64,000 bases of DNA from Eledone cirrhosa (GCA_964016885.1 OZ024743.1:360778001-360842000); one strand, 5' to 3'; positions 46,124 to 62,740 are shown, counted from the first letter of the stretch. The notes: a model not told the origin generated them from the sequence alone. Made by a program: numbers and translations.

Positions 46124-49100
46124 GTGTGTTGTAAAACACCTATTTATATGAACGATACATACACTTTAACATATAAATGCAACGTTGTTATATTACATTT
46201 ATAAAGAAATATACAAGTAACGTTTTCGATTCAGAAACAAAAATATAAGTGTTTGAACTGTGAATATCTTGTGATTAGGTTGTAGAACACCTATTTATAT
46301 GAATGATACATAAACTTTAACATATAAATACAGCGTTGTTATATTATATTACATTCATAAAGAAATATACTAAGTAACGGTTCTTTTTGTTCTCGATTTA
46401 AACGATTCAAGAACAACGTTTAAAACACAGTTGTAGAATTAAAAACTAACTGAAAAGAAATATTACCCAAGCTGTGAATAACTTTAAATTTGATTCTGAC
46501 AGAACTTTGTCGAAACTTTTAAAGAAGATCATCGACTATTTTGAAAAATAAATACGAAATATTAGTGAATAGACAAACTCATCATGGCAAAAAGTACAAG
46601 TCTCCTTCGACCAAATCGCAACTACAACCGTTGTACACAGTGGAGCTACGAGCTTAACAAAGTATTATATGAAGCATACAAACAATCTGAACCCCAAAAG
46701 TTCGGTTTTATGCAAACACCCAGAATTATACTTTTCTCCAAAGCATTTAAATGAACAGGCAAAACGTATCATTAGATGTAAATTGATACATCTAACGGAA
46801 TTGAGTGATACTACAAATACAGCCCTTGTAGACAACCACCCCACCTCCACTGACAGACAAAGAGAATGGCCAGCTAAATCTAACAGTGAACAGCTCACCA
46901 ACACTTTTGCTGAAATCCATCCCACTTCCACTGAAGAACAGCGAGAAAGGTCAGCTGACTCTAGTAGTAATTGTCACCACATCAACAACGAGGCTGAAAT
47001 TCATGACTCTACTGAACAAACAGCACCAACAACTTGTGGGCACCCTACAAGTGATATGGAACGATATGTTTCAAGAGATACACAGCCTTAATGTGAGTGA
47101 CAGACCATACAACACTAGAGTCAGTAAAGAACCCACTAAATTGGAATTGGAAGCGGTGAACGAAATAGCTGGCAATTATCTGAAGGCTATACGATCTAAA
47201 AGTGTAGAAACGACATTTGAAACGCTTAATGTTTTGTTATATGTTTCAGCTGTCACATTGCTATCATATAACACACATCTAAAACCACGCAATCAAGATA
47301 CAAACAGAAAGACTGAACCTGCGTGGATGCGAAATTTAAAAACCAAAATGTTGTCCCTGAGACGAAGTATCTCACACATCGCAGTCGTTATGAAATGTAA
47401 CATAGAGAGCAACGTCACACGACACCAGGAAGACCTAAAGAAAAAGTTAGAGAGACGATTTGGAGATACAAAATTTAAAACTTTGAACTCAAAATTACAC
47501 CAGTTGAAACAACAACTCACAGCTACAACAGAAAGACTAAAATATAAGTCAACAGCACATAAACGACAAGTGCTAAATAGATTGTTTGCCAGAGATCCTA
47601 AATCAGTTTATCGCAGCTTCGGTGGCAAAAGCTCAATCCCTGTACACGACACCACTTCAAAAGAACAGGTTGAGAGCTACTGGAGATCTGTATGGGAAAC
47701 GGATGACGGATTCAACAGACAAGCTAATTGGCTAAAAGAACTGGAACAGGACTACTGCCAACATGTCCAGACAAAACAATATGAAATAGATGGGTCAATA
47801 CTGGAAACAGCTCTACAGAAAATGTCGAATAAAAAATCGCCAGGCCCAGACCTCATTACAGTATACTGGTTGAAGAATTTCACTTTCTATCGTCAAGATC
47901 TCATACGGCTGTTTACAGAAACCATTAAGGGCACACAAGAACTGCCCAGATGGTTATCAACTGCCACTACTCTCCTCATTCCCAAAAATAGCCAAACCAC
48001 CCTTGCTAAAAATTACCGCCCAATTGCCTGCCAAAACATCATGTATAAATGATATACTGGGTGCCTTAACCTGTTCTTACAGGATCACTGTGCTACCAAC
48101 AACATCATAACACCTGAGCAAGCTGGTGGAAAGAGTGAGGTGTGGGGTTGCATAGATCACCTACTAACTAACAAAATGATTCAGGAAAAAACAACAAAGA
48201 ATCGCAGAAACATGACTGTCGTGTGGCTGCACTATCAAAAAGCATTTGATAGTGTACCTCATGAGTGGATTATTAAGGCTTTACAGTTAGCTAAAGTGCC
48301 ACAACCATTGGTAGCTGCTGTTGAACGCCTGACCAAGAACTGGTACACCAATTTGATCCTTAGAGGTGAGGAGGAGCAGGTTAAGACTGATAAGATACAT
48401 TACCAGAAGGGCATCTTTCAGGGAGATAGCTTGTCAGTGCTACTCTTCGTTCTCTCACAGAATCCACTATCTTACCTACTGAGGAAACAAGGTGGACAAA
48501 GAAGTGGGCCCAGAAGTATCTCCCATCTTTTCTTTGTTGATTACCTGAAGTTGTATGGGCCAAATATCAAAGACATCAAGAAACAATTGGACCTCATTAC
48601 ACAATTTTCAAACGACATCAAAATGAAATTTGGTGAGTCCAAGTGTGCATAGTTGGCAGTAAAACGTGGAAGAGCTGTGCCCTCCTCTAGAAATCTAGAG
48701 ATGAACGGCCTGACACTACAACCTCTGCAGTCAGGTGACAACTACAGATATCTTGGACAGGATGAGAATGTCAAATATGATGGACCCATAAATAAGGAGA
48801 GAACCAGAACTGAATACCTCAGAAGAGTAAAGAAAATATGGTCATCAGAACTGTCAGCATACAACAAATACATTGCCCACAATACTTATGCTGTGCCAAT
48901 TCTAACGCCAACATTTGGCCTACTGAACTGGTCATTGCAAGAACTAAGTGAGATGGATGTTAGAACTCGAAAACTTCTCAGTGTTACTGGGAACTTTAAC
49001 ATCAATGGTGATGTGGATAGGCTATACTTCTCACGCAAGGAAGGTGGCCGGGGTCTAAAATCAATATTAACAACATATGAGACCCGGATAGTAACACTGA

Positions 49101-50146
49101 AGCAACACCTTCAACAGAGGAAAAAGGTTGGCAACCATCTTGCCCAGGTTTATGAGCATGAAAAAAGAAATATCATTAGAATAGCGACTGATCTGGAGGA
49201 GAGATATGGAATAAAGCCTGATATAAATCTCTCACCCAGAGAAATCGGAAGATCCTATTCAATGTTCAAACAAGATAAAATAATTGACCAATTTACAGAA
49301 AAAGTTGTGCATGGATACTTGAGGCATAAAACACAGACCATAGAGGGGATAAACCACTCAAAAAGCCTGGCATGGAGTTCCGACAAGTTTATGACATCAC
49401 ACCTTGAGGGATATCTCTATGCAATACAGGAACAAGAACTCCCTACCAAATATCTGCTGCACAAAAGAGGAGGGCCAGCAGCTGACAATAAATGTAGGCT
49501 ATGTAAAACAAAGATCGAGGATGTAAGCCACATTGTTGCCAGCTACGAAAGAATGTCATCTCGCTACTACCTCCCCATGAGACACGATGGGATAGCTAGA
49601 ACCATCTGGAACGCACTTTGGGAAACAAAATTAACAACAGACGAGGAAGAATATATTGAGACAGATGGCACTAAGGAATACTGGTGGAACCTGAAAATAA
49701 AAACTGCCACCAAATTAAAGAACAACCGGCCTGATATTGTAGTTTGGGACCACACATTGAAAACGTGTTCTGTTGTGGAGATCAGCTGCCCACTTGTGTA
49801 AACGTTGTCAGAAAAATACAGAAGAAGGAGGATACAGCTACGGACCATTGATGAGGAGTTTACAAATCCAGTATCCCAGATACACCTTTAGCTTCATACC
49901 CATCATTATTGGTGCTACGGGTTATATACCAACCCGCTTGGACCAAAGTATGACTGAACTTGGATTTGCGGACAAAAAGCGCAGCTCCCTAATTCATAGT
50001 CTACAAATGGCTGCGATAGCTGGCACCTTCAAAATTTGCAAAACATTCTTGCGATTCAAGGGATGACAATTTCTTTTCTTTTACAACCTTGCCACCAGGA
50101 AGGTGGCCGGTCAAAAAAATATACTCGAAATTAAGAGAAAGAGAAA
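46124..50146 (+). mobile_element. R4/Dong-like RT-RLE retrotransposon, family C, degenerate, flanked by (ACAT)4ACAA
   Basis: Fragments 46886-48052, 48140-48652, 48653-49801 and 49773-50066 carry KSPGPD, NYRPIAC, GIFQGDSLS, YRYLG, CRLC..HIV, RHD, NRPDIVV..VEISCP. The same 20-mer lies at 46104-46123 and 50147-50166. Confidence 0.88.
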
Positions 50147-50600
50147 ACATACATACATACATACAACAAATATACACACATATATATATAAGGAATGATA
50201 ATTTGCTTGAAGCATTGTGGGGTGTGAAACTGAAAAGTCTGTTTGTATAGAAAGTAGTACGATACAAGTGGCTAGGTTGCCAAGGTAATAATCAGAAGGG
50301 AATTGAGTGGGAAAGCAAAATAAAATAAATGACGGTGATTAAAAGTTTCGTCAGCAATTTATTATTTCCAAAATCTTTCGGATTACCCATCCATTACTGA
50401 AGTGGAGCTCTCGAGAGAAAACAGAACTGTTGTTTTGGAAGCCGTTTATATATATGTGTGTGGATGTATGTATATGTGAACACATAAATAAATATGTAAT
50501 AAACATAAAGGAAGAGCATTCCTGTACTGCGTTTTTCCGTGTCTGTACTTAAGTTGATACGGCTTAATAGTGTGACATTTGTTTGTCTGAAACGTATATA

Positions 50601-50660
<60 letters not shown>

Positions 50661-51929
50661 AATACAATGGGCTTCCGTATCAAATTGTATTGTTCAGACA
50701 CTGTCTACACATGTGCCACATAATGGGATAGAATCCAGAAACACGTTTTTGCTATGTCATCATCTCTATATCAGAGTTATGCCTACGCTTATCTATATGA
50801 TATGATAGGAAATATAGTTAGATTGTATCATATATTTCATAGTTTATATATGTTTATAAGTTTCCATTGAAAGAAACCTAAGAGTTTTATGATGACGGGT
50901 AAGTACAGTAATTGGTTATCAACACCTACATGTATTCTATTCGATGGTCTATTTGACCCCAGGTATCGTAAGCGTGAATAACAATATTTGATGGCGTCCA
51001 ATAGATTTTGAAGGACTTTACCGACGGCAGAATGTTGAAAATAACTAAAACCGTAAACCGAGAACAAACATTTACTCAACGGCTTTGAACAAAGTTTTCT
51101 ATAAGTAGTATTATGCTTTTACCTTGAAAGTAGTGTGTGAGAGATGCATTACGTTATAGCACTTCTTCCTACATTTCAATGGTTTCTGCAACGACAATTA
51201 TTTTGACATATTTCAAACTAACAATTCAACATATAATGACGTGTTTCAACATAAAATCATCTAGCTTTAACTTATTCCAAGAAGTTATACATCTCAATTT
51301 TGTGACAAAATGCATTTTACAGGTATATTTTCTTCATATATCGGAGAGATTATTTTTACTATTTTAGCAACACCGTCTTCATTTCTCTACATTATTTCCT
51401 TTCACTGGTTACTTGCTTATTGTCTTGGTTGTCAAAAATTCTATATCATTTATATTTTAACGTATCATCTTATTTGCTGTGTCCTTTACTACACGTTCAC
51501 ATTTCTGTCTGACAATACTTAAATTTTGGATCTGCAAGACGAACGCAACATATTTAACTATCTATTCGTAAAAATATGAATTAGATCTTTCCTCAAAGTG
51601 GCTGTCTATATAACTGACAAGGTCATACGTAAAATATTCTTTCTTTTGAATTGGTGGGACATTCGATATCACAAATCCGGCTCCTTAAATTACAGATAGA
51701 GTCGATAATATGGGCTTACACACAAATTCTAATGTCAAAATGAAATCATGGATAGGTCTGACACCTACTCAAAATAGCACTCTCTGGTCTCAAACGGTAT
51801 TTACCAAGGAAACTCGGCTCTGCATGAGCCCTAAACTACTTTTGCAAACACCCGCTCACGAGCACACACGCGTATTTGGACGATTGCGCTCAGCTGTGGA
51901 CGCCCCACAATGTCAAACTAACTGCAAAT

Positions 51930-52390
51930 GTTGAAGCAATCCAACGAAGCTACACCAAGAGGATTGCCTGAATGAAAGAGATGAGCTACTGGGACAGGCT
52001 GAACAAAACTAATGCTTTACTCCCTGGAACAAAGACGGGATAGGTAAATAGTGGTATACATATGGAAGATAATGGAAGGGTTAGCACCAAAATTTGGCAT
52101 TGGAGGCAGGACCAGCCCACGAACAGGATGCCACTGGGTAGAGCTAACGCTGCCATCCGTCGCATACAAAATAAGGACCACATACTGATATAACCTGGGT
52201 TTCAAGTGACCTCCAGGTTTCTAATAAGCTGCCAAAAAGCCTGAGAGATATACATGATGTGCATGTAAATATGTTTAAGAGACATCTCGATATTCTACTG
52301 AACAAGATCCCTGATGAACCCACCACACGAAGCGAAGCACAAGTAAGGGCAGCAACAACAAACTCCCTTTTGCATCAATGCCCAAGGATG
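51930..52390 (+). mobile_element. CR1-type LINE 3' fragment, degenerate
   Basis: QRSYTKRI..MSYWDRL..LYSLEQRRDR..YIWKIMEGL; FKRHLDILLNKIPDEP. Confidence 0.7.
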
Positions 52391-52844
52391 GCTGGGTATA
52401 GTGCAGCGTCAATGGAGTTGAACATGCAATTGAAAATAACGTAACTTTACCGGTTTCAGAAATTCCTTGTTTTCAAAAGTTAAAAAGGATGGAGATATTG
52501 TGGCTATGCCGATCAGCAGTGCCATGGTTCTTTTAGTTTTATGAAAAAGGGGCTTAATTTGCTATATGTTTAAAGTATAATTAAATAGGCAGAGGAAGAT
52601 CATGATATTAAGCATCGAATTTAGGGGTACTTTCGGTCAGAAAGCAGGTGTGTCATGGCTTACGGAATATTGACAATGGCAATTCATGACTGGTTTTTGT
52701 GTATTCAGTCGTGAAGGGAAGCTGGTATAGTATTTGTAGCAATCCCCAAAATTCAAAAGTACATAACTGTTGTTAATGTATGTATGTCTGTTTTTGTTGA
52801 CTACTACGTCCGAATAATAATAAGGCCAACCATTATCGAGGAGG

Positions 52845-53092
52845 GGAAAGTCGATAAATCGATCCCAGTTACTTACTGGTACAATATTTTATCGACCTCG
52901 TAAAGATGAAAGACAAAACTGACCTCGGCAGAATTTGAACTCAAACCGTAAATAGCCGTAACTTTATGCTGCAAAGCATGGCGTCCGACGCTAACCGGTT
53001 CTGCCAAACAATAAAATAATAACAAAAAGTAGAAATAAAAATAATAATAATTGTTTCTACTTTTGGCACAAGGCCAGCAATTACCCCAGTGT
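52845..53092 (-). mobile_element. tRNA-derived SINE copy (52845-53007) and separate tail fragment (53045-53092)
   Basis: Homologous to 35422-35606. Confidence 0.8.
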
Positions 53093-53217
53093 AATAATCA
53101 TTATTTTTATGGCCATTAACATCACGAGAATAATTACAACTATAATGATAATGATTCAATCAGCAGAATGAACAGAAATGTACGTTACACTATGTGTGTA
53201 TTTGCATGTGTAGCGGC

Positions 53218-53923
<706 letters not shown>

Positions 53924-55329
53924 TGAAGTTTCCGTTGAAAATTGAAAAAGTCATAGGAGTGAAGAGTGCTCTATGTAAGTGGCAGAACTAAATGTAATGT
54001 ATAATAATCAATACAATATAATTACCTCATTACCAGAGGTTTCCTGAATAAGACGAATACGAAAAACGTCTCATTCTTTCATCGGACAAGGCAATTTAAA
54101 CATATTGAAATATTTGAAAAATCTCCTCAAGAAAGGCAAGAGTTTAATGGGCAAAAAATATATAAATAAAAATAATGCAAGAGATATATAAAAATATAAG
54201 GAAATATAGTTAGGGTATGTGTATATGTATGTATATACACTCACAAATGTACATTTGTGTATATGTACAAATGCATGTGTATGGTGAAAATGTGTGCGTA
54301 AGTACATATATGAGGGCATCTATATATTTGTCTATATGTGACCACAAATACGTATATAATATGAGTTGAAAAAGAAATTGCAACATAATATAGTTAACAC
54401 GCATCCAGATACAGGTATTAAATACACATACGAGTATGAAAGCACACGTATAAACACACACACACGCGGGGTCACTTATATGCGGAAGATAAAGAGGGAA
54501 GGGGGTGTAATAGTAAAAAGAAGTGTCATTCTCGATATATGTATAAAAATGAAATAATATATGAGAATGAAAACAAATTTTAAATCAAAGAGAAAGTAAT
54601 CAATTAACACTAGAAAAAAGAAAACAAACATAGGTACGCACGTACACACTCATATATATATATAAATATTTATACACACAAATACGTACAGAAAAGAGCG
54701 CATGCATGCGTGCATACATACAACCGAGGCACGTATATATATATATATATATCACCACATGTATATCTAATCACACGCACGTACGCGACTATATATATAT
54801 ATACATATATACATACAGACCCATACATACGCATACATATGCACACATATACATACACATACACATACATTCACCCACATACACACACAAGTATACATAT
54901 GTATATAAAAAACATAGATATATAAAAACATAGATATAAAAACACACATATACACATATATATATACGTACGCACGCACACATACGGAGGCGTTCGTATA
55001 CATATACAGAACGTATACACACATATGCACACTCACACGCATAGATACAAATTATAAACCAGCCGTATGAATAAATGAGTACAAATATAAAATCGGCTGC
55101 GAAACAACATAATATATCTGGGGTGGAAAACGCAAGTGACCAGTGATATCAGGTAGTGAAAGAAAATAGGGAAGTAAAATTTGGAATGTGAAGATATTAG
55201 GTAAGTGAATCGAAAAGTAGGGGGGGGGGGTTACTGATGGATGTGAAGTAAAAATAAAAATAAAGTTAAAAATAAAGTTAAAAATGAAAGTAAATCAGAA
55301 AGAGAAGTCTGTAAAGAGGATAATTTAAG

Positions 55330-55800
55330 GAAAGTGAACAACAAGAGTTTATGGAGGATAAGTATCTGAAAGGGAGTTAAGTTTATATGAGCTGGAAAGC
55401 AAGTGTGATTTCATGTGTTGGCAATTGGTGAACATTTCTGTTTTTGTATTTAGGCAGGTTTTTGGTGATTTAAGGTTCTGTAAAATCCAATATTTTTCAC
55501 TTATGCAGAGTGTGCATCTTCTTGTTCCTCTTGCATATTCTTTAAATTGGTTCAAAACTGACCAATCCAATTTATATTGGATACCTTGGTCTTTCAAATC
55601 CCATATTCTGCTAGCCAGAGCTGTTGTGAATCTTTTTTCTGGATGTCGGAAAGATGTGAGTAATAACGCGTTTTGAATTTGTCTTGTGTCATACGCACAT
55701 ATCGTTCGCTGGTGGCTGGTTGGTTGTTGCTGATAGTTGTCACTTTACCCGCATATACAATGGCTTTGGTGTTGAATTTACCTTGTAATGGGCATTAACT
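55330..55800 (-). mobile_element. Penelope-like GIY-YIG domain relic
   Basis: IWDLKDQGIQYKLDWSVL..RRCTLCISEKYWIL..CLNTKTEMFTNCQH. Confidence 0.8.
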
Positions 55801-55805
55801 TGTGA

Positions 55806-55894
<89 letters not shown>

Positions 55895-55900
<6 letters not shown>

Positions 55901-56160
55901 AAAGTCTGTCTTAAGCCAGAAGGCTCATTTGGCCGGTGCTTATCCCGGTTTCATGGCGTGAAGCGACTGACATTGCAACACCCCACCCTGGACAGGATGC
56001 CAGTCCATCGCAGGGTTAAAATCCCACCTATTGCTGGTACTCATTTTCACCTGAGTATACTTGATCAACGTAAAATGAATTGTTTTGCACAAGAACACAC
56101 CACTCAACTCAGGAATAGAACCCACGACATTACCACTAGGCCACGTGCCTCCACCACTCA
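55895..56160 (-). mobile_element. Second tRNA-derived SINE family with a conserved central domain (V/Meta-like)
   Basis: Minus strand has GGTTCTATTCC (B box), GTGTTCTTGTGCAAAAC and CCTGCGATGGACTGGCATCCTGTCCAGGG. Confidence 0.7.
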
Positions 56161-56283
56161 CAATCTCTCTCTCTATCTCTATCACACACACAAACACATA
56201 CACACACACCTACACACACTCACACACAGACACACACGCACACACAGACACACACGCACACACATACACACACACACACACAT

Positions 56284-56360
<77 letters not shown>

Positions 56361-56379
56361 CTTGCCTGTAGAACATAGA

Positions 56380-58290
56380 TAGTTACTACGCCTCTATTAC
56401 CTTACCGCTCCTTACGGCCGCTTTGGACTCTTCCAAAATACTCACGCCCATCACCGACCAGGAAAGAAACATCATTCTCCACGATATGAAGACAGTCCTC
56501 CTTTTCGACTACTCCAAGTGGATAAAGAGATCTCCCGACTCCGCCTTCGACATCAGTATGGGCGCGACCGACTCGGCCAAGGTGACCGAACTTATAGGAT
56601 TATTCCTACTATATAAACTCACCGAAATGTTTCCTGCATTCGGCGGTGGATTGTACGAAGACGATGTGCTCCTTACCCTCAAAGGGTACAACTCCAGTAG
56701 TACAAACCGGGTCCGTAAACAACTAATCAACTTCTTCCGGGACTGGGGATTTAAAATCCCCCTACAAACGTCCCATACCCGAGTCACTTTCCTGGACGTT
56801 ACGTCAACCTCGAAAATGATCTGTACTACCCATATAGGAAACCAAACGACAACCTGCACTACATCCACCGCCCTTCTAACCATCCTAGAAACATCACCAA
56901 TAACGTGGTTAAAAACAAATACACTCCACATATCTCGTTTGTTCGCTAATCAGCATATATTTGATGAACATGCGCCTCACGCGAAGCAGCTTTCGGGAGG
57001 AAATCTCATTTTATCCCGCTTCCTTAGCAGAACCAGCAAGCGACGCCGCCGCTCACGCCACATAACGTGGTTCAACCCTCCCCAAAATGCCGAGGTGACA
57101 ACATCATCGCAAAATCTTCTTTCTCTTCGAAAAACACTTCCCAACACAACACCGCTACCACAAGATAATCAACAAAAACACTATCAAACTCTTCTACAGC
57201 ACCACACCAAACCACGCACAAAACATTGCCTCCTCAAACAACAAGAAACTCAACCCCTATGGAAGAAACAACCTAGACATTTGTGGAGAGCCGACCAGGA
57301 TGTGTAACTGCCCTGATAAATCTACGTGTCCCCGCAATAACAGATGCCGAGAACGTAACGTGATCTACCAGCGTAACGTGAGGACGGAAACCTCCAACAA
57401 AGTCTATATAGGATTAACTGCTTGCGACTTTAAGACCCGGCTCTACCAACACCGGGACACGTTCCGAAACCTCGCCCGGCGACATGCCACTACACTTTCG
57501 GGCCACATCTGGGACCTCCAAGATAACAACATAACATACAATCTTATTTGGAGCTTACTGTCCTGGGCTAACTCTTACACAGGAGGCCACCCTCCGTGTA
57601 ATTTATGCTCGGAGGAAACATTACAAATGCTGTTTACGAAGGCCCAACTCCTAAACAAAAAAGACGAACTTGTATCTGCATGCAAACACCGATTGCGTAG
57701 GACTTACCTCGCCGTCAAATCCCCTCATGAACCGGGTGGTGGACAATGGCTGCAACATTCTTCTTTTCCCCACCTGCCGAACACGAAAGTGGAAACCCCA
57801 GCTAACATAGGTAGATGTACTTCTTTTCCTTTTTTTCTGCTCTTTATCGCTTTCTATCTATTCCTTCCACTCCCTATCCTCTTCCTTTGCCTGTTTTCCC
57901 TTTCGCCTACCCCGAGGCAGCTCATCGGGCTTTTGTAGCTTCAGTACCGACACCCCAGTAAATTATATATAGCATTGGACGAAAATACAATAACAACTAA
58001 ATATAGCAGCTGTTTTAGACTCTAGAAATTTGTTATTACTTCTTACTATCCAATTTTATATTTTTATATATTTTTTATTTATTTATTATCTTCTAATCTC
58101 AATTTATTAACCTATTCTATAACGTCCACTCTCTATTTTCTCCAGAATCCCTTTTCGCCTAATACATCTAGCCTATTTTCGTACACAATCCTTAGAATTT
58201 GCTGTATAGAATTCACTTTCAACGCTTGACCGGCTCCACTCACCCCCTCATTGTTCTACAGGCAAGTTCAGCCATCCCCCACCCCCACAT
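56380..58290 (+). mobile_element. Penelope-like element, 5'-truncated: RT fragment + Cys-rich linker + GIY-YIG
   Basis: FDISMGATDSA..LYEDD..VTFLDVT; CNCPDKSTCP..VIYQ..VYIGLT..FKTRLYQH..CNLCSEE..LLNKK. Confidence 0.88.
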
Positions 58291-59823
58291 ATATATATAT
58301 TTTACAGAATAAAGACAATCAGTGTTGCGACGAAAGGAATTTATTGAACATATTACAAATGTTTCTCGGGTGATCAGCTCGAGGCACGATCGATATGATG
58401 ATCATACCTGACTCTGAAATCAACACGGTCGTCAGATATGTCTCGATTCTACGAAGCAGATTTTCCAATCATATATATATATATATATATATATAATAAA
58501 ATAAAACAAGGACGAATGGTTATTCCTTCATTAGGTTTATTGAATTTATATATTTGTGTATATGTAAGTACGTGTTCATTCGTGTGCTTGTTTGTGAGTA
58601 TGTGTGTCTGTATGTGTGTGTGTTTAGGTACCCTGTTCCGCTTTTGGATGTTGAAACATCAGGATTAGTTTTGCTGCCTACTCTGACGGGTCTGGAGGCG
58701 GCAGATGAGTACTGTTCGGTTCAGGAATACTTTCCCAAGTGCAACACATTTTGGAATTTGTGAAATCTGCATTACGCATAACTTTGTTATAGGAAGCTTC
58801 GTCTTAGAAGTATCAGTTTTTCATTTTTTTATTTCAATATTTTGAACATCACTGCTACTAAAAAAAAGAATGAAAAAGAGAACATTAGAAAATTAGAGAA
58901 AGGGAGGTGAATGAGCGAATGAAGGAAAGAATGTGTAAAATTTGCTGTATTATCTAATTGTTTTATTATATAACTCGTAAAATTACGAAGGAGATTCTTT
59001 GATGCATTGCTTGAAATCATAATTTCTTTTGACGAGTTCATACACATGGCTTCTTTGATGTTTCCATTTAGTATTATTTGATTTACTATACCAAAAAATT
59101 CGAATATTGGCTGAAGGCTGATGTCAACGGCGTAAATACATTTTTGCTCTGTTCCTTTCATTGGATAATAGAATACAAACAGAAGTGAATAGGTTTGTTT
59201 TAAATATCGAAGTTGTCAAATGTATAAATAAATTTATTTTGTGTAGAGCAGATGTTTTTATACCAAAGAAGAACGCATCCAACAATAGAAAACAGAACAT
59301 CTATATAATGAATTCCATTTGATGAATGTTATTCCTATTTTACTTTACCTGAAGATTCGGGGCCAAACTAAATACTGTTTTATAGATTGCCAATCTTATA
59401 ACTCACGAACTCATACTATATATAATTTTATGTATAACATTTCTATAACTTTTCTTCTCAGCGGAAAAGGCATCACTGTAACCTAAAGGCACAATACCAA
59501 TTTAATTTCCTTTCGACCAATCGTATTCCAGCATCATTTTACCAAGGATTTTTCGAATTAAACAATCGCCGAAAGATATTGATTTGCAATTTATTCAGGA
59601 GCTTAATTGAATTTTAAAACGATTTAACGTTTTGTTTTAAGAGAAGTGAAATTTCAGTTGCAGCTTAATGTGGCTCCATAACAGGCGTTTTAATTACATT
59701 TGTTTCATTCTTAAACGAGAAAGACATATATTTTGAGAGGAAAATGCTAGACATTTCTTAATTGCAGCAAAGTATATCATACTTGATATAACATTTCTAT
59801 CAACTAAACTATATAAAATACAT

Positions 59824-59862
<39 letters not shown>

Positions 59863-59872
59863 ACACACACAC

Positions 59873-59916
<44 letters not shown>

Positions 59917-60134
59917 ATTATATGTTGAAATATTGGATTTTATTGCTACTTCTCTCAACTACATATTCGAGTTAACTTAAGAAATATGTCATTAGCATAT
60001 AATATTTACCGAGTGATCAGATAGTTGTATTACAAATTACGCATTATTCCTACGGGTTGACTATTTACCAATATTGTCATTTACTAATTTATTTGATTAT
60101 ACACATATATGAATGGTTGTAAACACACCTGATT

Positions 60135-60177
<43 letters not shown>

Positions 60178-62392
60178 AGACACAGACACACAGACACACA
60201 CACACACACACACACTCACACATATATATGTATATAAACTTTTTAAAAATTAACAAAGAGAGGACAAGATAACGGACAGAAAGAAGGCAAAACGAAAAAC
60301 AATTTTTTAACGGGAAATCTTAAAAGAATATTTTTCAAAAATAAACACACAAACGAAGGACACAGAACTCTTGGGCCATTGAGATGATCTTTAGCAGTTT
60401 CGACCCCTACCAACGGTACTGCTGGTCCACCCACGGTCATACCATCTGACATAAGCCAAACGCTGTCCAGTGTAGTAAGAGACGACAGACAAAACAGTAA
60501 TGTATAGCAATTACACTACAAGTCCACATAGGATTTGAAGTGACATCAAGGAAAAAGTGTGGTGCCACTTATAGCATAAGAGTCATAAATGAAATAAAAG
60601 AAAATGCGAAGAAAAAAGAAAGGAAGAACAAAGCAAGAAGAAAGTAGCATATCGTGTTAATAATATCATTGCAATAATTGGGGGAGAAGAGATAACTCGT
60701 ATGTGACATTAGTATAGCAAATAGTGGTTTTCCTTCCAGTTATTATTTTTCTTTTGATTATTTTCGTAATCTATTTCTGTTGGATGTACCAATCTTGTGG
60801 TCCTATGATTAAACACCTGTTTCAGCTTTTCTATTCCTAAAATATAGCTCAGCAGTTATGTATTTGTTTTTTTTTCTTACCTCACAGAATATGCATGTAT
60901 TTTATATGCACCTGTGTTATTAATAATGGATACTAATATTCCGTAGATTTTGAAATGCAATGTGTTCGTTCATATTTCTTTTCGTTTCGGTTTTCAAATT
61001 AATTTGTTTTTATTGGAAAGCTAAATCCTTCATATTTATACATTGAAGATGTTTTCCCACCAGTCGAGCTTATTTTTATATCTTCATTAGTTAGTACATT
61101 ATTTGGCTGTCACTTTCAGGATTATCAGATTTTGTCTGTACATTGAGATACAACATTTTCTCATACTGATGTGGTTATTGCAATTCTATTAAGAATACCA
61201 AGCATTATTTGCATATTTCTTATTCGTGTGTTAAATTGGTTACAATATAAGAGTTTATTCAATGCTGGTAGGTATAAGTAGCTTGACCTAGAGTCAAATC
61301 TGCCAGTCAAGATTTGCAGTAGAATTATTTGATTATTTTCTTTGTTTAACGAAAGATAGCTTCGTTGTAATGTATTTGGAAATTAAAGGATAATAACTTG
61401 GTAATAAGATTGTACAACAAATATACTATAGATATTTGTGATTCACGTCAATGAGACGGTTATCAATTTTGATTAGTCATTCTCCTAGTCCATTACCAAA
61501 TCTCCGTTAAAATGGCATAGATACGATTAATGAGATTGGTTTAGTCCAATGCTTACATTTGTTTTAGAGACTTTAATAATTGGCAGAAATAATTATAAAC
61601 GATTTACGATTTCGAGATTAGAAATGAATTTAATACTGGCTACATTTGTCAACTACTTCATACACATAATTACTCAAAGAAACTTTTGAATAAGAATAGA
61701 TTAAAGTCCAAGATCTGTGAACAGGTATGTTGATCTTAGAAAGAATTATTTAATAGGAGTGGTTGTGGAAGAGATTGATGAGTTCAATTGATGTGAGATG
61801 TAAATAATCTAAAAGTTCGTATGTTACCCTTTATTAGATCGAGGACTGAGAGTTCATCCAGGCGAAGACTAGGATTATTCACTCAGCAATTGAACTTATT
61901 GATATCTTACGGTAATGCACGATATTCATATAGCAGCAATTTGGTTTTAAAATGTTGCCATATATATAATTCCGTGAAAACAAACAAATCCTGATTAGTA
62001 CCCTCAAGAGAAAGCTTGTGTATTGATGGAATTTGTATAGTCTGGAATGTAAAAGTACAAATAAACTGTAAAACTAGAATTGTAGTTTATATCATAAAAT
62101 GCGCAGAGAGATAATGTAGAAACACAATCCCAATGTTTATAGGTGAGGCGGCTCGCGGTATAGGAAAAGGGATGAAGGAAGAGTGGTGAAACTTCAATAC
62201 GAGTAAAAGTCATCAGTGATCTACCAGCATGTGGATGTAGAACATCTGGACTCACTAGCACATTGAAATGCGAATTATTTCTACACACCGAACAGATGCA
62301 ACACTGATATATATAACTGAATGCAAGATAAGCCCAATAGAAAGCGTAAATGGAATAACAATAATCATACAAACTATCAACTAAAGACACAA

Positions 62393-62502
62393 CAGTGTGG
62401 CTGGATGCTTAGAGAATTAGATTCGCATTCGTTAGGTTGTGAGTTTGATTACCGGACCGGGTGATGCGTAATGTCCTTGAGCAAGAAACTTTATTTTACG
62501 TT
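62393..62502 (+). mobile_element. Degenerate SINE 5' fragment
   Basis: GAGTTTGATTACC (B-box-like) followed by TGTCCTTGAGCAAGAAACTT. Confidence 0.55.
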
Positions 62503-62646
62503 CCTTCCCCTACCTGGATTTGCGACCGATATATAGTATTAAGAATTGGAAAGACCAACGGAAACATTGTTTCCTCCGTCTGATCTGACGAGCTCCACTC
62601 CACTCCTTAAGCGAATGACGTCTGGGATCTTGTTGATTGATTGTCG

Positions 62647-62740
<94 letters not shown>

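Noticed and set aside
60393-60507. Plus-strand terminal exon candidate (VSTPTNGTAGPPTV...)
   Set aside because: It is short and unsupported; the opposite strand fits a decayed Penelope-type hammerhead terminus at least as well.
58829-62390. Possible host exons or decayed LRR/membrane-protein gene (ORFs 58829-59161, 62004-62390)
   Set aside because: No recognisable domain or consistent splice structure; needs tBLASTn or RNA-seq.
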